Source: Rebecca billardiae RCC1528
Taxonomy: Eukaryota > Protista > Haptophyta
Reading direction: 5' to 3'
Length of the DNA: 64,000 nt
NCBI GenBank assembly: GCA_965240325.2
Contig: OZ251255.1
Location: 496,001 to 560,000, forward strand
Shown here in pieces: positions 11,401 through 22,257 of this stretch (its first letter is position 1; each line of letters starts with the position of its first letter). A program made the position numbers and the translations under genes. The notes below the pieces were generated by a model. The model was not told the DNA's origin, did not search any database, and was given only the letters and a program-made list of their open reading frames with translations.

Positions 11401-13196
11401 GGGCTGCACGGCACCGATGCGGAAGTGCATGCGAACAAGTCCGCCATCTCGTTCCTGTGGGAGCTGCGCCGCCGCGCGGCGGGCGAGCTCGGCGGCGCGC
11501 AGGCGATCCCGAGGCGCGGCTCGGTGGCCAAGCCCTTCGACGCGAGCGAGGCAGCTGTCGGGCACGGGGCGCCGGTGGCCTCTGCGGCGGGCGCGCCCGC
11601 CGCGCGCGAGGGCGCGGGCGCGCCGCCGCCGCCCGCCGCCGCGGCACCGGCGGAGGCGACGGGCGGCGGCGGCGGCGCAGAGGGCGCGCCCGCCGCCGCC
11701 GCCGCCGCCGACGCGCCCGCCGACCCGACCGTCCTCCGCCTCTCAAACGTCGCCGCTTCCGGACTGCTCGCGCGAGACCCGTTCGGTCCGGATGTAAATC
11801 CGTATGCCGTGTTCACGGCGGTGCGCGCGGACGGCAGCCTGGGCGCGAGCGTGCGCACCGGCGCGGCGCGCAACTCGCTCAACCCCGTGTTCCGCGCGGA
11901 CCTGCTCGAGCTGCCGCTCGGCGGCGCGAGCGAAGTGCGCGCGGAGGTATGGCACGACATCGAGTGGCGACCGCCGCTCAAGCTGCCGGCGCGCGAGCGC
12001 CTCGGCGTCGCGACGCTGCGGCTGGGCGCCGCGCGCGCCGCCGCGGCCGCGGGCGCGGCCTCCACGCGCGACTCGAGCCGGCTGCCGCTGGGCGGCGCGC
12101 GCGGCGAGGTGGGGCCCGCGAGCGCCATCGAGTTCGAGTGGAGCGTGCTCACGCCCGCGCGCGCGCTCGCGCTGCCGCCGCGCGCGCCCGGCGCGGCGCG
12201 CGCCGGCGCGGCCGCGCTCGGCGAGGCGAGCGAGCGGTTCGTGCTGCTGACGGGGCTGCAGTGGCGCGGCGGCCGCGCGCTCGGCGAGGCGCTGGGCGGC
12301 GGCGGCGGCGGCGGCGGCGGCGCGGGTGGTGGTGGCGGAGGCACGCCCTCGTCCGCGCACGCGCCACAGCCCTCCGCGCGCGCGGGCGGCGGAGGCACAC
12401 TCTCGTCCGCGCACGCGCCGCAGCCCTACTTGATGGTGAGCGCGCTCGAGGGGGCGGAGGCGGGCGCGGTGCGGGGCGGCGCAAGGCTGGTGCGTGCGGA
12501 GCTGCACGAGCTGCGCCGAGCCGCCGGCGCGCCCTCGAGCGGCGCTGGCGCTCGCGCCAGCGGCGGGGCACGCGGCGACGGCGGCGCCACCGCCGCCACC
12601 GCCGCCACCGCCGCCACCGGCGGCGGCGGCGGCGGCACCGGCAGCGGCTCCCTCGTTGCGCACTTCCACCCGTGCGTGTGCGTGCTGCCCCCGCGCGACC
12701 CGTCCGCGCGGCCCGCGCTCGGCCCGGACGGGCGGCCGCTCCCGGACTGCCTCCGCGTCGAGGCGTGGGTGCTAGACGGCCTGGGCGCCGCGCGGCTCGC
12801 GGCGAGCGCTACTCTGGAGTTGCAGGCGGCGGCGGGCGCGACGGCGCTGCGGCTGCGGCGGGAGCCGGCGGGCGCGGCGGCGGGCGGCGCGCAGGGGGCG
12901 GGCGAGATTGGGGAGATCGCGCTGCAGTGGGCCGTGCACGACGAGGCCGCCGAGGCCGCGGCGCAGGCGGCGGCCGACGCCGCCGCAGCCGACGCCAGCG
13001 GCGGCGGCGGCGGCGGCGGCGCGGGCGCGGCGGCGGGAGGCGAGGGCAGTCGTGGCGCGGGCGCGGCGGCGGGCGGCGGCGGGCGCGTCATCCTGGTGCG
13101 CTCGCTCGCGTGCTCCAACCTGCGCAACCGCGACGCGAAGGGGCTCTCCGACCCGTACGTCATCTTCCGCGCCGGCGGCGCCGCCGACAGCGCCGC

Positions 13197-13232
<36 letters not shown>

Positions 13233-16200
13233 GCGGCGCGGCTCGGCGGGCGGCGGCGGCGGCGGCGGCGTGCGGCTGCTGACGACGTCGCGCGTGGAGA
13301 ACTCGCTCAACCCGTCGTGGGAGGAGGAGGAGTACGTGCTCGCGCTGCCGCCCGGCGCGGACGCGCTCGTGCTCGACGTGCGCGACCACGACGTGAAGGG
13401 GACTCACGACGCGCTCGGCCGAGCGACCGTGCCGCTTGGCGGCGGCACGGAGGGCGGCGGGGAGTTTCTGCTGCAGGGCTCGCCGAAGCAGGTGGTGCCG
13501 GGGCGCTCGGCGGTGCGGCTGCGCTGGTGCGACGCGCCGCCGGGGCACCCCGCCGCCGCCGCCGCGCGGCCGGGCGTGGGCGGCGGCCGGCGCGTCGTGC
13601 TCACCGCCCTCGCGTGCCAGGCGCTCAAGAACCGCGACCGGCGCGGCCAGTCCGACCCGTTCGTCAGAGTCCGGGCGAAGAGCGCCAAGGGTCCGGTGCT
13701 GCTGCAGACGAGCGCGCAGCAGAACACGCTCGAGCCGGTGTGGAGCGAGCGGCTCGTGCTCCCGCTCCCGCCCGCGCCGGAGGGCGGCGCAGCGCACCCG
13801 TCCACGCTCCTCTGGGTCGAGGTCTGGGACCATGACCGAAACGGTGACGAGCCGCTGGGGCACTGCACGGTGCTGCTGCCGGCGGCTGAGGATCGGGGTG
13901 GCGGCACGTTCAAGCTCGAGGGCGGGCCGGCGGAGGTGCACGCCGAGTCGTCGCTCACGCTGCGCTGGGTGGACGAGCGCCTCGCGCCGCCGCCGCCGCC
14001 CGACCCCTCCGTCCCCGCCGCCGCGCGCCGGCCGCAGGGCCGGCTTCTGGTCTTCTCCGCGCTCTCGTGCGCCGGCCTTCGGAACGCAGACAAGCGCGGC
14101 AAGAGCGACCCCTTCGTGCGCGCGGTGGCGCCGAGCGGCGCGGCGGCGCAGACGAGCACGCTGCCCAACACGCTCGAGCCCAAGTGGGCCGGCGGGCGCG
14201 TGCTCGAGCTCCCGCTCGCCGACGCCGACGCGAAAGTCCGGCTGGAGGTGCTCGACCAGGACGAGAAGGGCGCCGACCGGCTCGGCCACTGCGAGCTCGT
14301 GCTCGGCGGCGGCGCGGAGCGGGGCAAGCTGCGCGCGGTGCGGCTGCGCGGGCGGCCGGGCGAGGTGGCGCGCGGCTCGACCCTCTCCGGCACGTGGGCG
14401 ATCGAGGACCACCGCCGCGGCGGCGGCGGCGCGCTCGGCGACGGCGCGCCGCCGCGGCCGCGCGTCGTTTTCTCCGAGCTCTTCTGCACGTCTCTGAAGA
14501 ACCGCGACGCGAAGGGGCTCTCCGACCCGTACGTGGTGTTCCGCTGCGGCGACGTCTCCGGCGAGTCGCCGCGCAAGGACAACACGCTCAACCCCGAGTG
14601 GCCCGGCGACGTCGTGTCGTTCGAGCTGCCCGTCGAGCCCACCATCGCCACCATCCTCGCGGAGGTGTACGACTGGGACAAGTCCGGGAGCGAGCTGCTC
14701 GGCCGGACCGAGTTCGAGCTGAGCACCGTCGGGCTGCGCGGCCGGCGCACGTTCGCGCTGCAGGGCAGCGCGGCGGAGGTCGAGGCGGACTCGGCGCTCA
14801 CCGTCTCGTGGCGCGTCGTGCTGCCCGGCGAGGACGCGACGCCGCCGCCGCCGCCGCCGGGCACCAAGCTCCTCCGCGTCAAGGCCCTCGCCGCCACCGC
14901 GCTCAAGAACCGCGACAAGAAGGGCGCGTCCGACCCGTTCGTCCGGATCGTCGCGCTGCCGAGCGGCGCCGCCGCCGAGACCGCGCGCAAGGACAACACG
15001 CTCAACCCGTCGTGGGACGAGCTGCCCAGCGTGCAGCTCGGTGCGTGCGCGCGCGCGCGCACACGCGCGTTGCCGCGCGCGGCTGGGTGGCGCGCGCGCG
15101 CGCGCGCGCATGCGCGCGCGCATGCGCATGCGCCGACTCGCATCCCACCCCTACGCTGCCCGCCGCGCGCGCGCGCGCAGCGCCGAGCGACAACGCGGTG
15201 CGCCTCGAGGTGTGGGACTGGGACAAGGACGGCAACGACTCGCTCGGCCACGCCGAGGTCCGGCTCGAGGGCAGCGGCGGCCATGGGCAGTACCCGCTCG
15301 TCGGCAACGGCTCCGAGGTGGGTAAAGATTCGTCAGTCACGTTCGCGTGGGAGCTGGCGGCGCTGAACACGGGGCGGCGCGTGCGCGTGACGCGGATCGC
15401 GTGCGCCAACCTCAAGAACCGCGACGTCCCCGGGCTGTACGGCCGCGGCAAGTCCGACCCGTTCGTCCGACTGATCGCGCCGTCAGGCGCGCAGGTGGAG
15501 ACGCGCCGGCAGGAGAACACGCTCTCGCCGACCTGGGACGAGACCCACGAGCTCCCGCTCGGCGCGAGCGACATGTCGGTGCGGGTGGAGGTGTGGGACC
15601 ACGACGCGCACGGCGGGAACGACTCGCTCGGCCACGCGCGCCTCGAGCTCGTCGGGCGGCGCGGCACCGTCGCCACCAAGCTGCTAGGCGGCGCGCAGGA
15701 GGTGCGGCGGGAGTCTGTGATCGCTCTGGACTGGGAGATGGTGGCGGAGGCGGGCTCGGCGGGCGCGCTCGAGCTCGCGGGGCCGAACGTGCTGGCGGGC
15801 GAGTGGCGCGGCGGCGCGCCGTGGGCCGTCCCCGACGGCGGCTGGTGCACGCACCCCCGGCACAACTGGCGCTTCTACGGCTCGTGGCAAGGCGGGCTGC
15901 GCGCGGGCCGAGGCGTGTGCGTCTACCCCGACGGCTCGGTGTTCGTCGGCGAGTGGCGCGCGGGCCAGTGGCACGGGGAGGGCTCGCTGCGGGTGCGCGA
16001 GGGCGACGCGGTGCTCACGGGCTCGTTCCACGGGCGCCTCGACCACGCCGTCGCAGACGTGCGCATCGCGCCCTCGGGCGACCGGTACGCGGGCGAGCTG
16101 GTTCAAGGACGCAGGCACGGCACCGGACGCTGCATCTTCCGGACCGCGGACGACGACGACGGCGGCGGCAAGGGCGGCGGCGGCACGGGCGGCGGCGGCG

Positions 16201-17658
16201 GCTCGGGCCTCGGCATGCGCGGCAGCGGAGGCGGCGGGGCGCGGCTCCCCGCGCCGCGAGGCGACGCCACACCGATGGCGGGCGTGCGCTTCGCCGAAGC
16301 GCCCACGGACGACGCGGCGACGCCCGCCGCGGCCGAGCTCAGCAGCGGCGTGATCACGGCGGTGGCGCGCGCGCGCGCGGCCGGCGGCTCGGCGCCGGGC
16401 GGCGGCGGCGGCGCGCTCGTGCCCGCCGGCGTCACGGCCGGCGTCACGGCCGGCGTAACGGCCGGCGTAACGGCCGCGCGCGTGTACTATGAGGGCGAGT
16501 GGCGCGAGGACGTGCCGCACGGCCAGGGCGCGTTCGTCGACGAAACCGCCGGCGTAACGGCCGTGTACATCGGCACGTGGGAGTCGGGCGAGCGGCACGG
16601 CTCCGGGCTGCACGCGGTCGAGGGCGGCGACTCGTACGAGGGCGCGTGGCACCGGGGCGTGCAGCACGGGTGCGCGCGCGCGCGGTGGCGGCGGCGGTAG
16701 CGCTCCGCGCGCCCCGAGGCGTGCGGCGGCGGTGGGCGCGGATGCAGGGCGCGGATGGTCCGGCGTGGGAGGGTGCACGGAGGGCGCGCGCGCGCGCATG
16801 CGCCGCTGACGCGCGCGCGTCGCGCCCCGCCCCGACACACCGCCGGGCACCTCCGCCGCGCCCGCGCCCTCCGCCTCGGCGGCGGCGCAGCTGGGGCAAG
16901 CTCACACAGGCGGACGGCACAGTTCTGGAGGGTCGCTGGGTGCACGGCGAGCTCGACTCGAGCGTGCCGTGCCGCACGCAGCGCGCGTTCGCCGACGGCT
17001 CCCGCTACGCGGGCGACTGGTGGCAAGGCATGCCCAACGGGCGCGGCACGCTGCACCTCCCGAGCGGCGAGCGCTTCGACGGAATCTTCGCCGACGGCCG
17101 TCCTGACGAGTCGCAGCCGTGCACCGTCGCCAGGTGGGTAGATGGTGAGTACTACGTGGGCGAGATGCTTCACGGAAAGTTCCACGGGTTCGGGATCCGG
17201 ACGCAGCAGAACGGGGACCGCTCCGAAGGCACGTGGGCGCAGGGCATGCCCGTCGACTGCGCGGGCGTGCTCTCGGTCGACGGCCAGCGGTACAGCGGTG
17301 GGCGCACGCGCGCGCGCCGCGGGCGCGTCGCGCCGGCGCCGACGCACGCACGCACGCACGCGGGCACCCGACACACGCACACACACACACACACGCGCGC
17401 GCACACACACACACACGTCGCGCCACGCCGCGCCCGCGCCGCCCGGACCGTGCGCCCCCCTGCGCCCCCCTCCCAGGCGTGTGGCGCAACGGCTACCGCG
17501 AGGGCTTCGGCGTGCTCGAGTGGCCGAGCGGCGAGGTGTACAGCGGCCACTGGCGGCACGGGCTGCAGCACGGACACGGCGTGTGCACGTACGCGGACGG
17601 CGAGAGCTTCGAGGGGCTGTGGGAGCGAGGGGTGCCGAGGGGGGCCGTGCGGCCCTGA
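8430..17658 (+). CDS. Giant multi-C2-domain / MORN-repeat protein (exons ~8430-9712, 9948-15040, 15181-16669, 16891-17297, 17477-17658)
   Basis: Nine clear C2 domains, most with L[KR]NRD..G.SDP[FY]V...NTL.P.W...[EQ]VWD.D..G.D.LG, plus one degenerate copy. MORN motifs (Y.G.W..G..HG.G) lie before and after the C2 array. GT-AG introns join the frames consistently. Confidence 0.85.
9721..9825. repeat. Intronic GAGATCGCGC-based tandem repeat
   Basis: About 9 degenerate 10-12 bp units inside intron 9713-9947. Confidence 0.8.
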
Positions 17659-17838
17659 CGACTCGCAGCGGACCGTCCGCGGGACGCGGATAGGCCGGGA
17701 GTGCGCGCCCGTGCGGGCGTCGTGAGTCGTGAGACGCGCGGGGCGGCCGCGGCCGCGGGAAGAATGCGCGGCTCAGAGAGAGAGATCGAGAGAGAGATCG
17801 AGATGAGCAGATTTCGTATAGTAGAGAGATGACGACGA

Positions 17839-17951
<113 letters not shown>

Positions 17952-18085
17952 CGCGGCGCCGGCGTCGCGTCGATCGACGCGCGCATCCATCGTCATCATC
18001 ATCGCTGCTATATATATATCGTAGTCATCAGTCATCGTATATATAGTAGCAGCAGTATATATATATATATATATATGCTTCGCAC

Positions 18086-20551
18086 TTACTGCGGCGGGCG
18101 CGGCGGCGGCGGCGCCGCCGCCCGCTGCTGCGCAGGCGCGGCTGATGCCGGCGGGCTGCTCGTCAACAGCTCTCGCTGGAGGGCCTCGACCCGCTGCCGC
18201 TCGCTCGCGCCGTACGCCTGCGCGTCTCGCAGCGCGCGGCGCGCCTCCTCGTACTCGGCGGAGGCGGCGCGCCACGCGGCCGCGGTGTCTTCGACCGCGG
18301 CCGCCGCGCCGCCCACCGCCGCGCCCACCGGCTGCCGACTCGCCGCTACAGCCGCGAGCGCGCTGCCTGCGCGCGCGCACTCCGCGCCCAGCTGCCGCAG
18401 GCTCTCGGCCACGCGCAGGTCGGAAAGGCGGGTACGCAGCTGCCCGGCCTCCCGCAGCCGAGCGAGCACGTCCGACTGCTCGAAGAGCGCGGGCTGCGCA
18501 CGCGCCGCGGGCGCGGAGCCGAGAGCGGGGCGCGGCGGCGCGCGGCGGCAGCGGCGGCGGCGGAGGGCGCGGCGGCGCGCGGCGGCAGCGGCGGCGGCGG
18601 AGGGCGCGGCGGCGCGCGGCGGCAGCGGCGGCGGCGGAGGGCGCGGCGGCGCGCGGCGGCAGCGGCGGCGGCGGAGGGCGCGGCGCGAGCAAAGGCGGGG
18701 GCGGGCGGTGGCGGCGGCGTCGGCGGCGGCGTCGGCGTCGGCAGCGGCGCGGCAGCACGGGCAGGTGAGGCGCACACGCGGCGCGGCGGCGTTCGCGCGG
18801 CGCGGCGGGCCGCGGCGCGGCGCGCGCGCGCGCGCGCGCGCCGCGCACATTCGGAAGTGACCGCGCCGCCTCCGCCGCGGGGGCTAGCCCTTTGTCGAAC
18901 GCCTCGCGCGCGGCGCGCAGCTCGGCCACGGCCGCGCGCCACGCGTCGAGCTGCTCGGCTGCGCAGCCCTGCGCCGCCGCGCACGCGTCAGCCGCGGACG
19001 CCGCGCCCGCCTGCGCGCCGCCGACACGTTCTAGGCTGCCACGCAGCGCGGCCGCGGCGCGCTCGGTTGCCTCGGCCGCTGGCGAGAGTCCGGACAAGTC
19101 CGGGAGCAGCCGGGCGTACGCGCGGACGAAGCCGGACTCGAACGCGCCGACGTCGCGCAGCCGCGCCGCGCTCTCCTCCGCGCGCGCGTACCTGCGCGCG
19201 GCAGGTCGCGACGGCCCGCAGGCGCCAGCGCGGCGGCCGTTGGGCGCAGCGGCGAGCGTGCATGCGCGCGCCAGCCGTGACGTGGGTAGGATGTGGGTAA
19301 AGTGAGTAGATGGGGTAATAGGACAGCCGGGGGCGGCGTGTGGAGCGGTGCGGCGCAGGCGCGAGTCCAGCGCGGCGGGAGGGGCGCGCGGGGGGGGGCG
19401 GGCGGGCGGGGCCGCGGTCAAGACGTGCACACGCCCTGCCATGCCGCCAGCTCGGCAGCGGCTGCCGTGCCGCGGCGGCGCGCGCGGCCGCGGCGGCGCG
19501 CGCGGCCGCGCGGCGCGCGCGGCGCGCGGCGCGGCTGCGGCGAGGCGCGCACGCTGTGGCTGCGCCGATCGCGCTTCTCGCGCCGCGCCCCGCCTCGTCC
19601 GCCTCGGCGTACCGCCGCGCCGTCTCCGCCGCGAGCCGCGCCTTCTCCGCCGCGAGCCGCTCCGCCGCCGCGCCGCCCGCGTTCTCCAGAGCTGCGCCTA
19701 GCTTGGCGGCGGCGGCGAGCGCGGCGCGCGCCTCCGCGAGCGCGGCCAGGGCGGCCCGTTGCTCTGCCTGCGCGCGGCGGCAGCTGCCCGCCGCCGCGGC
19801 CGCGGCCACCTCCGCGCGCCGCCGCGCGCCGTTCGCCCGGCGGAGCACCGCGTCGGCGCCCTCGAACTTCTGCGCGGCGGTCGGCGCGCGGAGCGCCTCC
19901 GCCGCCGTGCGCGCGACCCAGCGGCCGCCGGGGCCAAGGGCAAGCAGAGCGGTGGCGGACGCGCCCAGCGCCGCGCGGCGCGCGAGCGGGCGGTGGAGGG
20001 CGGAGCCCGCGGGCGGGGGGTCCACCGGCGGCCTGGCCACGCCGGCGCCAGCCCCGGCCGCCCCGGCCGCACCGGCCGCGCTGCCGCCCGGCGGCACCTC
20101 TCGCGACACCGGCGGCGGTACCGGCGCCACCGGCGGCGGCGCCGCCGAGCCCGCCGCCGTCGGCACGCCAGTCTGAACAATCTCGGGATCGACCGAGATC
20201 GCGATCTCGGGCTCGGCGGAGATTGCAATCTCGGCGGCGGCGGCCTGCGCGGCAGCGGCCGAGCCGGGATCGCCACGCAGCTCGGCGCGCAGCTGCGCCG
20301 CCGTCGCGTCGTCCGCGCCGGTGCGCGCCGGCGCGCCGCCCGCCACGGCGGCGCGCGGCGCGTCGGCGGCCGCGGCGGCGCGCGGCGCGTCGAGGGCGGC
20401 GGCCGCGGCCACCGGCTGGCTACCGGCCGGGCCGGCCGGCGCGCGCTCGGTCTGGTCGGTTGGACGGATGGCCTGCGAGACCTTGCGCAGCCCGACGATC
20501 GGCAGCGCGGCCGCGGTGACCAGCGCGTCCAGCGCGACCGGCGTGCTCGGC

Positions 20552-20582
<31 letters not shown>

Positions 20583-20994
20583 GCGGCGGCTGCAGCGCAT
20601 CGGCCACGAAATCGAGAATTAAATTCAATTGGGACGAGGCGGCGGTGGTGGCGGCGGCTGACGACGAGGGCGGAGGCGGTGCGGGGCGCTGGGACGTGCG
20701 GCGCGGGGCGGGGCGGCGTGGCGGCGGCTCACGTGGCGCGAGCGGCCCGAGCGCCAGCCAGCCGCCCAGGCCGCCCGGACTCTGCCTCTCCACCTCGCGA
20801 GACTTGCGCGCGCGGAGTGTCGGCGGGCGCCGCCGCTCAGGTGGCGGAGGCGGCGGCGCGGCCGGCTTGCGGCGTGACGCGGGCGAGCGGGCCGGGATGA
20901 AGGGCTTGAACGGCGAGGCCTTGGGGCTCGGCGCGGCGAGGGCGGGCTGCGCCGCGAGCAGCGCAGCGAGCACGGCGAGCACAGGCGGGCGCAT
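18086..20994 (-). CDS. Uncharacterised signal-peptide protein with Pro-rich N-terminus and Ala-rich coiled-coil C-terminus (exons 20994-19553, 19191-18849, 18493-18086)
   Basis: Signal MRPPVLAVLAALLAAQPALA. Two GTGCGC...CAG introns join three frames in phase. Heptad-like Ala/Glu/Arg helices. Confidence 0.7.
18530..18685. repeat. Intronic ~36-bp tandem repeat x4
   Basis: GGGCGCGGCGGCGCGCGGCGGCAGCGGCGGCGGCGGA units. Confidence 0.75.
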
Positions 20995-21428
20995 CGCGTA
21001 GGGCGCTCCAAGACGCCGAGCGCCGTCGCCGAGTCCGCACTCCGCTCCGCCCGCCCGCGCCGGACTGCTCACTCACGCCCGGACGTTTGGGCAGCGGAAG
21101 CATGGCCGATGGCGGCTTGCGCGCATGCGGCGAGCATGACAGCCAGTCTCGGGTCCGGTCTGCGCCTCTGCGGTGATCTCGGCCGACAGTGGGCCAGCAT
21201 CGCGCGTGATGCCGCTCCTGCGCATGCCGCCATCCTCGTCGGCGTCTGGCGGCACTTGACGCGAGAGTGGCACTTTCATGGCACAGCGCTGTGTTGTCCG
21301 TCTTGTCAGTCATACGTGGGACGGACGAAGCTGCGTGGCAGCCCGACCCGCTGTGACGGACTACCAGCAAGATGGTAGTCCTAGCTGCCGTCGCTCGACA
21401 GTAGCGCGCGCGGTGCACTTGCCAACTT

Positions 21429-21474
21429 TCGGGGACGTCCAGCAGAGGTGGGCAGCTCTGCTGGACGTCCCCGA
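21429..21474. other. Perfect 19-bp hairpin with 8-nt loop
   Basis: TCGGGGACGTCCAGCAGAG-gtgggcag-CTCTGCTGGACGTCCCCGA. Confidence 0.9.
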
Positions 21475-22257
21475 CACGGTGACCGGAGCCCGCGCCGACG
21501 TCGGAGGCGGCGCATATTGAGGATGACGACGAGTAGTCAGCGTACCGACGCAGGCACCGAGGCACGGTCAGAGCCCGAGCCGCACGATCAAGATGGCGGC
21601 GGGTGCCACGGTGGCGCCCGCTAGGGACTCGCCCGGCCCGCCAACGCCCACAGACCGCCGGGGCTCGGCCGACGCCGCATGTCGCCACGTGCATGGCGCC
21701 GCAGCCTAGTGCTGCTGCCAGTAGTCACTACAGTCATTAATATTGTTTACTCGCGCCGTGGCTTAGGCTGACTTAGCCGGCCGGCGGTCCCCGCCCGGCG
21801 CAATAATGCTGATGACGAATTTATCGGCGCCGCGCCATCTCGGATGAGTTGCCGGCGACGGTCCGCGCACTGCGGGCCCCGGACTGCCGCACTGCCATGC
21901 ACTAGCTAGTAGCACGCCTACTACTACGACGAGCAGCTTGATGGTTGCATGCTGATATATGTCGATTGATGAGACGAGCGTCATCACTACTACTGAATAA
22001 TGAATATAATCTCTGAATAATACGATTATAATTAATATTTTAATAATATATCTATATATAATATTACATAACCATTACAGCAGGTTGATGACGACGACGG
22101 CATTCTGACGTCGCTCACAGAAGGCGCTGAGCACGTAGCCGTAGGCGCGCCCGTTCGGCGATCACGCGCGACAATATGTATTCATCAATGTCGGTCAGTC
22201 GTGCGGATGAAATATGACCGCGTTCCGCGGTCCTTCCGTAGAACCAACGCAGTTAGG

